Shown here one piece after another: positions 55,003-63,816 of a stretch of 64,000 nt of DNA; position 1 is the stretch's first letter; the number at the start of each line of letters is the position of its first letter. The notes beneath the pieces are model-generated. The model saw only the letters and a program-made list of their open reading frames with translations. It did no database searches and had not been told where the DNA came from. This DNA comes from Chitinophagaceae bacterium (GTDB taxonomy: Bacteria; Bacteroidota; Bacteroidia; Chitinophagales; Chitinophagaceae), in the NCBI GenBank assembly GCA_016720565.1, contig JADKKJ010000001.1, positions 744,929 through 808,928 on the forward strand, in the 5' to 3' direction. The translations under genes were made by a program, and so were the position numbers.

Positions 55003-56346
55003 TTAGCTTGCTACAGCATCAGCGATCTTCAACGCTTCGCTGATAATTGCCAGGCCTTCGTCGATCTGTTCTTTTGTTATGATCATAGGCGGTGCTATAA
55101 AAACAAAACCCCAGCGAACGAATGTGTACATGCCGGCTTCCCTGATCTTCGCAGCCACCTTATTCATGATCAGCATTTCATCTGGCTTTGCGTTGAAAGG
55201 AGCCATAGGTTCTTTGGTGCCGCGGTTCTTTACCAGTTCAATACAACCTAATAGTCCTGTATTTCTCCAGTCGCCAATGCTGGGATGCTTGGCCTTCATT
55301 TTTTCGATCTGCTGGTCCAGGTAGATCCCCATGACCCTGGCGTTTTCGATCAGGCCATCATCTTCGTAAATATGCAATGTTTCCAGGGCAGCCGCACAGC
55401 TAACAGGATGGGCAGAGTAGGTGAGGCCCAGGGGAAGCACCACATCATCAAATTTTGAAGCAATGCGATCGGTCACCATAAGGCAACCAAATGGCAGGTA
55501 CCCACAGGTTAGCCCTTTGGCCATGCAGATCATATCCGGAATGATATCATGATGCATGAAGCCAAACCATTTCCCGGTTCTGCCAAATCCGCTCATTACT
55601 TCATCAATGATCAGTAAAATGCCATGCTTATCGCAGAGTTCCCTCACTGCTTTCAGATATCCATCGGGATAAAGAAAACAACCGGAGGATCCGGATTGCC
55701 CTTCCAGTAAAATAGCGGCAATTGTACCGGGACCTTCATAAGCAATCTGTTTTTCCATTGATCGAACAGAAAAATCCAACAGGTTTTCTTCTCCGTATTC
55801 AAAACGATACGCATAGGGAAGATCGAAGTGAATGAAATTGGGCGCCTGCTGGGAATCAACCGGGATCCTCCGGGGATCTCCGCTGGCGCTCATGGCACCA
55901 ATAGAGGCGCCATGATAGGATTGGTAGCGCGCGAGGATCTTATGTCGGCCGGTATATAGCCTTGCCAGCTTGATCGCATTTTCAATGGAGGTGGCTCCAC
56001 ATAAAGTAAAAAAAGCTTTGTTCAGGTCACCCGGACAGATCTCCGCCAGTTTCTTTCCCAGTTCACCTCTTACTCTGGTCACACAGCTTGGTGTGACATA
56101 GGCCACTTCTCTCATTTGTTTTATCACCGCTTCTGTTACACGCTGGTTGCCATGACCAATATTTACATTCATGAGCCCTGAAGAAAAATCAATATGGCGG
56201 TTCCCCTCATAATCATACAGGTAAATACCTTCTGCATGTTTTATTGCCAATGGCGTAATGCCTTTTTGCCTGCTCCAGGAGAATAATGTATGGTCCAGGT
56301 TATCCTGTATTATTTCCTGCGATTCAGTAATTGTTTTCGCTTCCAT
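55003..56346 (-). CDS. Class III PLP aminotransferase, probable beta-alanine transaminase
   Basis: DFSSGLMNVNIGH, SYHGAS, LIIDEVMSGFGRTG, MAKGL; function inferred from operon context. Start trimmed to MEAKT. Confidence 0.85.
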   Translation of the reverse strand: MEAKTITESQEIIQDNLDHTLFSWSRQKGITPLAIKHAEGIYLYDYEGNRHIDFSSGLMNVNIGHGNQRVTEAVIKQMREVAYVTPSCVTRVRGELGKKLAEICPGDLNKAFFTLCGATSIENAIKLARLYTGRHKILARYQSYHGASIGAMSASGDPRRIPVDSQQAPNFIHFDLPYAYRFEYGEENLLDFSVRSMEKQIAYEGPGTIAAILLEGQSGSSGCFLYPDGYLKAVRELCDKHGILLIIDEVMSGFGRTGKWFGFMHHDIIPDMICMAKGLTCGYLPFGCLMVTDRIASKFDDVVLPLGLTYSAHPVSCAAALETLHIYEDDGLIENARVMGIYLDQQIEKMKAKHPSIGDWRNTGLLGCIELVKNRGTKEPMAPFNAKPDEMLIMNKVAAKIREAGMYTFVRWGFVFIAPPMIITKEQIDEGLAIISEALKIADAVAS

Positions 56347-56388
56347 GATCCTTTTTTGAATTATTAGCAATTTATTCGGTACTGTCTT

Positions 56389-56430
56389 CAGGCAGGCCCT
56401 AATCTCTAATCCCTAATCTTGTATTCTAAT
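56389..56430. repeat. CAGGCAGG followed by a degenerate heptamer array CCCTAAT-CTCTAAT-CCCTAAT-CTTGTAT-TCTAAT
   Basis: Read directly; the array abuts the mmsA stop codon. Confidence 0.8.
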
Positions 56431-57887
56431 CAGCTCATCCAATTCACCCCCGCTTCAGGGTTCCATTTGGTAGTTGATTTTTTTATTTTGGTCCAGAAAC
56501 CGATCGAACTTTTTCCGGTTATATCGCCTACTCCGAACTTACTTTCATTCCATCCTCCAAAAGAGAAAGGTTCCCTTGGCACCGGCACACCCACATTCAC
56601 TCCTATCATTCCGGCACTGGCATGGTCGATGATATAGCGCGCTATTCCGCCATTCTGAGTGAATACAGAGGCGGCATTTCCATAGGGATTTGCGTTTTCT
56701 ATGGCCAGGGCCTCATCCACTGTTTTTGTACGTAGTATTGAGATCACCGGACCGAAGATCTCTTCTTTTGCTACCGACATATCCGGCGTTACATGATCGA
56801 TCACGGTTGGTCCTACATAGGTTCCTTTTTCTTTCCCCTTTACAACAGTATTCCTTCCGTCTACGAGAATGCGGGCTCCATCTTTCTCTGCCTGGGTGAT
56901 ATAGGATTCTATTCTTTGCTGCGATTCTTTATTGATCACGGCGCCAAGATTCTCACCCGGAATGATCTTTTTGACCTCCTCGCAGATCTTTGCGATGATA
57001 TGATCCACATCGCCAACGGCTACCATGGCGCTGGCTGCCATACAACGTTGCCCGGCGCAACCACTCATGCTGGCAGCCACATTTTGTGCGGTCATATCCG
57101 TTTTTGCATCGGGTAATACCATTAAATGGTTTTTTGCCCCACCAAGGGCCAATGCTCTTTTTAAATGCTGGGTAGCCCTTTGGTAAACGATCTTAGCCAC
57201 TTTGGTGGATCCAACGAACGATACGGCCTCTATGCCCGGATGATCACAGATGGCATTTACGATCTCGCTATCGCCATTTACAATATTGAAGACACCATCC
57301 GGCAAACCGGCTTCTTTTAAAAGCAGGGCCAGTCTTGCGCAACTTAGGGGAACCTTTTCAGAAGGTTTCAGGATCATACAATTTCCCAGGGCCAGGGCAT
57401 TGGGTATGGTCCAGTTGGGGACCATAGCCGGAAAATTAAATGGCACAATGGAGGCCACCACACCCAGGGGTACTTGTTCTGTCCGGCATTCAACCCCTTT
57501 ACTAACTTCTAATACTTCACCTGTTATCAACTGGGGCAGGGAGGTAGCGAACTCAGTTAGCTCGATGCATTTTTCAATTTCAGCCACTGATTCATTATAG
57601 GTCTTGCCATTTTCTTCACTGCATAAAAGCGCCAGTTCTTTCATGTCTCTTTCAAGAAGTGTCTTATACCGAAAAAAGACCTGCACCCTTTCCTTGATGG
57701 GCATACGACTCCAGGAAGGGAATGCAGCTTTAGCAGCCTTTACTGCTGTATCCAGATCGCCAGCAGGGGAAAGAGGAACAGTGGAAAGCAAGTTGCCATC
57801 AAGAGGGGAGATCAGATCTATTTTTCTGGAACCGGAGGGATCCACGAATTTCCCGTTTATATAATTCTGAACAGGGGTGTATTTCAT
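56430..57887 (-). CDS. mmsA: CoA-acylating (methyl)malonate-semialdehyde dehydrogenase
   Basis: PFNFPAMVP, KPSEKVP, SFVGST, LGGAKNH, GCAGQRCMA, EEIFGPV, PREPFSFGGW. Confidence 0.95.
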   Translation of the reverse strand: MKYTPVQNYINGKFVDPSGSRKIDLISPLDGNLLSTVPLSPAGDLDTAVKAAKAAFPSWSRMPIKERVQVFFRYKTLLERDMKELALLCSEENGKTYNESVAEIEKCIELTEFATSLPQLITGEVLEVSKGVECRTEQVPLGVVASIVPFNFPAMVPNWTIPNALALGNCMILKPSEKVPLSCARLALLLKEAGLPDGVFNIVNGDSEIVNAICDHPGIEAVSFVGSTKVAKIVYQRATQHLKRALALGGAKNHLMVLPDAKTDMTAQNVAASMSGCAGQRCMAASAMVAVGDVDHIIAKICEEVKKIIPGENLGAVINKESQQRIESYITQAEKDGARILVDGRNTVVKGKEKGTYVGPTVIDHVTPDMSVAKEEIFGPVISILRTKTVDEALAIENANPYGNAASVFTQNGGIARYIIDHASAGMIGVNVGVPVPREPFSFGGWNESKFGVGDITGKSSIGFWTKIKKSTTKWNPEAGVNWMS

Positions 57888-57968
57888 ATGCAGGCATTAT
57901 TTCAGGCTGAATAGCCATTTCTAAATATACTTAATTTACCGAAGTTTGCAAGCTAAACGGCCACCTGC

Positions 57969-58577
57969 ATGACACCGGAAAGAAGGGAAAAACTGACCAA
58001 TGTTTTGGATAAAAGACAACCTGATCTAACGGTGGTACTGGAGAATGTTTTTGATCCGCATAATGTTTCCGCCGTAATGCGCACCTGCGATGCAGTTGGC
58101 ATTCAGGAAATATATATTTTGAACAATCGTATTCCGCCCCATAAGAAATGGGGAGCCCGCAGTTCATCGAGCGCAGCAAAATGGCTGACCATTCACCAGT
58201 TCACCGATGCGCAGGCTTGTTTCACGGAGCTGCGGAAAAAATATGAGAAGATACTTACCACTCATCTCAGCAGTGATGCGGTCGGGCTGTATGATATCAA
58301 TATGACCCAACCGATCGCCCTGGTATTTGGAAATGAACATCATGGCGTTAGCGAAGAGATCCGCGGATTAGCAGATGGGAATTTCATTATTCCCCAGGTG
58401 GGGATCATTCGTTCGCTGAATATCTCTGTAGCCTGCGCAGTCACATTATATGAGGCTTACCGGCAGAAAAATTCAGCCGGGCATTATAACCGGCATAATA
58501 TGGGCCATGAAATGAAGCAACGCTTACTGCAGGAATGGAGTCTGGATAAAGGATATGATTCCTGTGACGATATCTGA
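57969..58577 (+). CDS. trmH: TrmH/SpoU family 2'-O-methyltransferase
   Basis: RQPDLTVVLENVFDPHNVSAVMRTCDAVG, LVFGNEHHG, SLNISVA. Confidence 0.9.
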   Translation: MTPERREKLTNVLDKRQPDLTVVLENVFDPHNVSAVMRTCDAVGIQEIYILNNRIPPHKKWGARSSSSAAKWLTIHQFTDAQACFTELRKKYEKILTTHLSSDAVGLYDINMTQPIALVFGNEHHGVSEEIRGLADGNFIIPQVGIIRSLNISVACAVTLYEAYRQKNSAGHYNRHNMGHEMKQRLLQEWSLDKGYDSCDDI

Positions 58578-58582
58578 AAAAA

Positions 58583-59065
58583 ATGAATATGAGATCAAGC
58601 CTTCTCTGCCTTTTGCTTTTTTCCGGTCTTGCCGGCATGTGCCAGAATATAAAAGCGGTGAAGGTCACCGAACTTGAAAAACTGATCAGCGAAAGCAAAA
58701 AGCCATTGATCGTTAATTTCTGGGCAACCTGGTGTATTCCCTGTATAGAAGAGATCCCTTATTTTGAAAAGCAGGTGGCAGCTCATAAAGACAGTATCCA
58801 GCTTATATTGGTGAGCCTAGATTTTAAAGAAGCCTTTCCTGATGGAATAGTGTCAATGGCCTTAAAAAGAAAATTCAGTTCCACTATATATTGGCTGAAT
58901 GAGACCAGGGCCGATTATTTCTGTCCCCGTATCGATTCCTCCTGGAGTGGTTCAATTCCTTCCAGCCTGTTTATCAATAATGCCACCCGTTTCCGCCTTT
59001 TCAGGGAAGAGCAATTAAAAGAGACTGAATTGAATGACCTGATCCACCGCACTATTCATCAATAG
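58583..59065 (+). CDS. TlpA-like thioredoxin-fold protein, exported
   Basis: Signal peptide; VNFWATWCIPC; WSGSIP cis-Pro loop. Confidence 0.88.
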   Translation: MNMRSSLLCLLLFSGLAGMCQNIKAVKVTELEKLISESKKPLIVNFWATWCIPCIEEIPYFEKQVAAHKDSIQLILVSLDFKEAFPDGIVSMALKRKFSSTIYWLNETRADYFCPRIDSSWSGSIPSSLFINNATRFRLFREEQLKETELNDLIHRTIHQ

Positions 59066-59256
59066 GCACGGTTCTTTTCCATTTCTTTGTGGAGGCTGTT
59101 CAGTGTAAAAAAGAAATACAGGATGGCACCCAGACTTACGAGTGCCAGAACGATTCCCATAAAACTTCCAATATAAAATGCTTTAGCAAGGGCATATCCT
59201 ATCAGTACTATGAAAACGATACTCAGGAGCCGCAGGAGGTTTTGGTTTTTAAGCAT
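59059..59256 (-). CDS. Small 2-TM hypothetical protein
   Basis: 65 aa, two hydrophobic helices; fills the gap between convergent genes. Confidence 0.65.
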   Translation of the reverse strand: MLKNQNLLRLLSIVFIVLIGYALAKAFYIGSFMGIVLALVSLGAILYFFFTLNSLHKEMEKNRAY

Positions 59257-59331
59257 AATGAGCGGTTTCGGTTTAGATGCCGCTTCTTAAAAATTCCATA
59301 AAATAATTTTCCTGATCAAATTACAGCAGTA

Positions 59332-59934
59332 TCAGCTTTTCCTTTTAATGGTACACCCCACTGATCTTGTCTCCTTAGTGCTGATATCTTTTCCTCCAAC
59401 CAGTTCATCAATAGCTATCTGCGCGTGGCGTCTGGTCACCCCATCTTCGCTGTCGGAATTATCATCAATAGCGCCATGGTACACCAGTTTGCCATCGCTG
59501 TTGAATAAAAAGATCTCCGGTGTTCGGTTGGCACCGAAAGCATCCGCCATTTTCGACTGCTCATCCATCACATAATGCCAGGTATATTTATTCTGCTGGC
59601 CGTATGCTTTGCTGTCTTCGTAAGAATCTCCATTATCCCGGTAAGCTTCATTTGAATTAAGCAGGATCACACCCACCTGTTTTTGCGTGGCGTATTTGCA
59701 GAGTTCATTGCTGCGGGTCTGGTACCTTTTCACTATCGGGCATGTATTGCAGCTGAACATCACCAGCAACCCATTTTTTTGCATGGCATCCTTAAAGGAA
59801 ATATCCTTTCCGGAAATATCTTTCATTTTCACTTCCGGATTTGGAATCGGCGCGCCAATAGGAAGGATGCCGCTATGACCCGAAAGGAAAAGACCAAGTA
59901 TCGCAAGAGGTAAAATGCCGAATATCTTTTTCAT
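59332..59934 (-). CDS. Exported thioredoxin/peroxiredoxin-like redoxin (AhpC/TSA superfamily)
   Basis: LVMFSCNTCP, ADAFGANRTPE, VYHGAIDD, GCTIK. Confidence 0.88.
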   Translation of the reverse strand: MKKIFGILPLAILGLFLSGHSGILPIGAPIPNPEVKMKDISGKDISFKDAMQKNGLLVMFSCNTCPIVKRYQTRSNELCKYATQKQVGVILLNSNEAYRDNGDSYEDSKAYGQQNKYTWHYVMDEQSKMADAFGANRTPEIFLFNSDGKLVYHGAIDDNSDSEDGVTRRHAQIAIDELVGGKDISTKETRSVGCTIKRKS

Positions 59935-59994
59935 GTCTGATTATTTTTATTTATGTACTTAATTCAATAATGAATTTACAAAATCCCTTTTATA

Positions 59995-60018
59995 AACCCC
60001 TCAACCTCTCAACCTTCT
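59995..60018. repeat. Octamer tandem array AACCCCTC-AACCTCTC-AACCTTCT
   Basis: Read directly; ends 1 nt from the YihY stop codon. Confidence 0.6.
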
Positions 60019-60019
60019 T

Positions 60020-60988
60020 TCATGCCATTATCCCCTGTTCACCTTCCTCCCCGTGAATCCGCTCATCTGCGATCTTTTTAAGGGAGGAGATACTAACATT
60101 GAGCTCAAAGCCGATCAGCAGTACCAGGGAATTGAAAAAAATGAGGATCATAAGGATAAGCACGGTGCCAATGGACCCATATAGCTGGTTAAACTGCCCG
60201 AAATGATTAACATACCAGGTAAAACCCAGGGTGCAAATAATCATTAGGAAAGTGGCCAGAATGGAACCCGGATTGATCAGCCTCCATTTTTTATGTACAG
60301 CCGGGGCATGGCGGTAGATGTAGGAAATAGAAGCGAAGAAAAGCAGCATTATCACGACCCAGCGCACATTAGAAATGATGTTTCGCACTGTAGCGCTGCG
60401 AATACCTATCCAGCTTAACACCTGGCCCTGTGCGATCAGCAGCAGGATCGAGGAGAGGAAAAGAATGAACAGAACCAGGGTGATCTTAAGTGCAGCACCC
60501 CGCTTCTGGTATTCTTTTCTTTTGCGGAAACCGATATAATTCTTATCGAATGAACGCATGATGCCCATTACTGCATTGGAAGAAAAAAACATGGATAGTA
60601 AAAAACCGAGTGATAATAAACCGGTTCTTGGTTTGTTGATAAAATCTTTAAGGAACTGTATCAGGTAGGAATTGTTTTTTTCTCCGGGTATCACATCCCT
60701 GATCAGGCTATATAATTCCTGTTCAAACTGGCGCGAGATAGGCAACAGGGGTACCAGGGTAAACAAAAAGATCAGGAAAGCGGGAATGGCCATAAAAAAA
60801 TTATAGGCAATGGCCGATGCCCTTTCGGTCATTCCCACGGTCTTTACCTGGCCAAAGAAGAATTGAACTACATCATAAATAGGGATGCCCCTGAAACCAG
60901 GCAGGGAAGTGATCTTGCTTTTATGAATAAGCAATCTAACAGGCCAGAATCGAAGGACCGCAACACCTATTTTTGGGATCGGGCTCAT
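60020..60988 (-). CDS. YihY/virulence factor BrkB family membrane protein
   Basis: ASAIAYNFFMAIP, YRHAP..PGSILAT, NQLYGSIG..LIGFELN. Confidence 0.92.
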   Translation of the reverse strand: MSPIPKIGVAVLRFWPVRLLIHKSKITSLPGFRGIPIYDVVQFFFGQVKTVGMTERASAIAYNFFMAIPAFLIFLFTLVPLLPISRQFEQELYSLIRDVIPGEKNNSYLIQFLKDFINKPRTGLLSLGFLLSMFFSSNAVMGIMRSFDKNYIGFRKRKEYQKRGAALKITLVLFILFLSSILLLIAQGQVLSWIGIRSATVRNIISNVRWVVIMLLFFASISYIYRHAPAVHKKWRLINPGSILATFLMIICTLGFTWYVNHFGQFNQLYGSIGTVLILMILIFFNSLVLLIGFELNVSISSLKKIADERIHGEEGEQGIMA

Positions 60989-62031
60989 TTTATGGATCTG
61001 GCTTTATTAATGGAATCGAACCGAACATCCAGGGCCTTTTGATATTGACGGGCAAGTTTCTGGTGATCGTCGAGATTGCTGCTGAATACACTACTGCCAT
61101 CAAACCGGTCGCTGGCCACAAAATACAGGTAATCGGTAGCCGGGGCATCCAATACAGCATCTATTGACTCAGGGGATGGGGTACAGATCGGACCGGGTGG
61201 AAGGCCGCTATTCAGGTAAGTATTATAGGGGGAATTGACCTCAAGATGTTTATGAAGTATCCTTCTTAAACCAAAGTCTTTCAATGCGTATTTAACGGTT
61301 GGATCTGCCTGTAATTTCATTCCGATACGAAGTCGGTTAAGGTAAGTACTTGCGATCTTGTACTTATCTTCCTTCAGGTTGGTTTCCTCATCAACAATAG
61401 AGGCGATAGTGGTCACCTGTATGGGGTCATAGCCTATCTCTGTGCATTTCCTCATCCTTTCTTTGTTCCAGAAGTTCTTATAGGCGGTATGAAATTGTTT
61501 GAATACCCTTGAAGGGCTGCTGTTCCAATTGGTCTCATAGGTGAGTGGCATAATTACGGCCATCACTGTATTGGTATCGAGGTCATATTTCAGAAGTGAA
61601 TCGGGGTTATTCAGGAAACGGATCATTTGAAGGGAGTCGAATTCGGTATCAAATTTTTTCCCCTTCCCAAATTTACCAGCGAAAGTTTCTCTGGTCCTTT
61701 CCCTTATTATCACCATTCGGACCGGTGACTGCGCTCCATTCCTGAGCATGCGCACCAGCCTGAAAATGCTCATGCCATTGGTTATTTTATATCTTCCGGG
61801 ACGGGGCTTTTTAAAACCGAGGATATTTGATACGAGGTTGAACCCTCCTCCATGGATATAATGCTGGTCGTCCAGGTTCTTCCTTAAACTGGCCATATCA
61901 TCTCCTGTACGGATGTAGAGGTATTGCCCGTCAGTATCTCCCTTATAAACAGCGGGCCTGAAAAAATTATAGGCAAAATAACCTGCCAGCAATACGATAA
62001 GAAGGAAACTGATCAGAAGGAATTTTCGCAT
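60985..62031 (-). CDS. mltG: Endolytic transglycosylase MltG
   Basis: Single N-terminal TM; ASIVDEET, YLNRLRIGMKLQADPTV, SPYNTY..GLPPGPI, YLYFV. Confidence 0.95.
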   Translation of the reverse strand: MRKFLLISFLLIVLLAGYFAYNFFRPAVYKGDTDGQYLYIRTGDDMASLRKNLDDQHYIHGGGFNLVSNILGFKKPRPGRYKITNGMSIFRLVRMLRNGAQSPVRMVIIRERTRETFAGKFGKGKKFDTEFDSLQMIRFLNNPDSLLKYDLDTNTVMAVIMPLTYETNWNSSPSRVFKQFHTAYKNFWNKERMRKCTEIGYDPIQVTTIASIVDEETNLKEDKYKIASTYLNRLRIGMKLQADPTVKYALKDFGLRRILHKHLEVNSPYNTYLNSGLPPGPICTPSPESIDAVLDAPATDYLYFVASDRFDGSSVFSSNLDDHQKLARQYQKALDVRFDSINKARSIK

Positions 62032-62084
62032 GGAGTGGATCTGTTATTGCAATTTACACAAAGAATTCAGGGAATGGCCTAAAC

Positions 62085-62110
62085 AAAAAAAGCCCCGGAT
62101 ACCGGGGCTT
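62085..62110 (-). terminator. Terminator after secG
   Basis: AAGCCCCGG-TAT-CCGGGGCTT followed by a T tract on the minus strand. Confidence 0.8.
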
Positions 62111-62127
62111 AAAATTATTTTTTGCTA

Positions 62128-62478
62128 TTACTTACCTGCAGGCGTAACGGGAACAGTAGGGGCAGGTGCTGTATTATTAGGAACTGTTGGGATCGGCGCA
62201 TTACGTGTCTCATTTGTCCTGTCTGGAACACCGGATCCAGCGCTTGGGCCGGTCTTTGAAATAAATACCACGGAAAAAAGGCTCAAAGCGGCAATAAGGC
62301 CGGCAAAGATCCAGGTTCCTTTTTCCAGTACATCAGTGGTTTGTTTTACACCCATGAACTGGTTGCTGAAACCGGCAATATTTCCGGCCAATCCGCCACC
62401 TTTAGGGTTCTGAACCAATACGATAAGTCCAAGTGCCACAGAGCAGATAACGATCAGTATGATGAAAATGGTAGTCAT
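62128..62478 (-). CDS. secG: Preprotein translocase subunit SecG
   Basis: VLVQNPKGGGL..MGVKQTTDVLEKGTW. Confidence 0.95.
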   Translation of the reverse strand: MTTIFIILIVICSVALGLIVLVQNPKGGGLAGNIAGFSNQFMGVKQTTDVLEKGTWIFAGLIAALSLFSVVFISKTGPSAGSGVPDRTNETRNAPIPTVPNNTAPAPTVPVTPAGK

Positions 62479-62482
62479 GTTC

Positions 62483-63220
62483 TTATTTCTTTAATGCGTC
62501 GATTTTGGCTGCAAAATAAGCGCTTTTAGCGGGTTCGAGCAAACTTAATTTCTGGTATATATCAATGGCTTTGGAGTGATTTCCCTGTTTTTCCCAAACC
62601 TCCGCCATAGCCTCTGTTACCACCTGTTTCTCGCTCAGTGAGGTTTCCGCCAGTTCTTCCACTTTTTTTTCTGCCAGCGCGGGAACCTGGGTGCCGGCCT
62701 CAGAAGGGGGCGTTTTTCGAAGAGTTTTCAACCATTCGGTAAAACTCAGCAATTGCTGGCCAAACTTATCCTGTGGCTTCTCCTCTTCTTTGAGTTTGAT
62801 ACCCTGGGAAGCGAAATAATCCACCGTATGAAAGGGTTCAAATAAAAGCTCTTCCTTGGATGAAGACAGGGGCATGGGTTCCAGTCCAATGGTCTTTACT
62901 TCCAGCGCGGGAATTGTTTCAATAGGCTCAGGTTCATTTTCCTGGTTGGTAACGATCTCAGCCATTTCAATCGCTGCATTCCCTTTATCTTCCAAAATTG
63001 TCTCCACCCATAAAGGATTATGGAAAAAACTATAGGTCCGTTTCAGGTGCTCGGTATATTCCTCACTGTTCTCGGATTGCAATTTTTTTGTCAGTAATAA
63101 TTGGGCCGCGCCAAAATAGGGGAAACGGCTGGCATAGTCACGCAGTTCACCGAGGCTGCACTGCTCAAGCGTATCTTTTTGCAATAATGTTCTTACTAAT
63201 TGGTCGATCCTCGCATTCAT
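62483..63220 (-). CDS. Conserved hypothetical protein with C-terminal TPR-like motif
   Basis: FPYFGAAQLL N-terminus; VTEAMAEVWEKQGNHSKAIDIYQKLSLLEPAKSAYFA C-terminus. Confidence 0.8.
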   Translation of the reverse strand: MNARIDQLVRTLLQKDTLEQCSLGELRDYASRFPYFGAAQLLLTKKLQSENSEEYTEHLKRTYSFFHNPLWVETILEDKGNAAIEMAEIVTNQENEPEPIETIPALEVKTIGLEPMPLSSSKEELLFEPFHTVDYFASQGIKLKEEEKPQDKFGQQLLSFTEWLKTLRKTPPSEAGTQVPALAEKKVEELAETSLSEKQVVTEAMAEVWEKQGNHSKAIDIYQKLSLLEPAKSAYFAAKIDALKK

Positions 63221-63240
63221 AATTACAATATAGTCGGATA

Positions 63241-63816
63241 TTACCAGTTGGAGAATAACCGGTTGAAAATTTCATCCGTTAGTGTCCTGATCATCTCATC
63301 GCCTAACTGGTTCTCGGCCTGCTGAAATGAAAGATCCCCCTTAAATTCAAAGTTCCTCGTCACATCGTATTCTGTGGTCTTGTCAGCCTTGTGGTCATTA
63401 AGAATGATATGTACACTCACCGTAAGACGGTTATTTACCACCTGCTGGTTGGAGATCGCCGAAGTGGAGAAACTATAATCAGTGATCGTGCCGGAGATCT
63501 CCCAATCTACATTGTCATTATTGGTCTGTGTTAGCCGGGTCTGCGATATGATCTTCTGTCTTAATTTATCAGATAACCTTGGACTTAACTGGGGATTGAT
63601 ATAACGAGCCTTGTTCTCTATGTAAAGCACTTTTACCGTCTTAATGCTGTCGGGAACAGTTGCTTCATTAAATTTATATACACCGCAACCACTGGTACCT
63701 GTCCATACAAAAACGAGCACAATCATACCCAGCAGCAGGGAAAAAACGACCTGTTTCCCGCTGAATACGGTATTTTTTTTTATACGTAGATCCTTAAGAT
63801 TATTCTTCAATATCAT
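63241..63816 (-). CDS. lptE: LptE family LPS-assembly lipoprotein
   Basis: Lipobox TSGC followed by GVYKF; LSPRLSDKL, ISGTITDY, IFNRLFSNW. The true start is uncertain. Confidence 0.82.
   Translation of the reverse strand: MILKNNLKDLRIKKNTVFSGKQVVFSLLLGMIVLVFVWTGTSGCGVYKFNEATVPDSIKTVKVLYIENKARYINPQLSPRLSDKLRQKIISQTRLTQTNNDNVDWEISGTITDYSFSTSAISNQQVVNNRLTVSVHIILNDHKADKTTEYDVTRNFEFKGDLSFQQAENQLGDEMIRTLTDEIFNRLFSNW

Noticed and set aside
57901-57911. TTCAG-G-CTGAA palindrome as operator of the pyrimidine operon
   Set aside because: The arms are only 5 bp and there is a single copy; too weak without comparative support.
47944-57968. Pyrimidine operon as a genomic island integrated at tRNA-Pro
   Set aside because: No integrase, no duplicated tRNA 3' end at the far side (only a weak CCACC match near 57961), and no obvious compositional break.
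60985-62031. MltG with a mutated catalytic residue (SIVDEET versus SIIEKET)
   Set aside because: The catalytic Glu is the second Glu of the EKE motif (E218 in E. coli) and it is retained; only the preceding residues differ.
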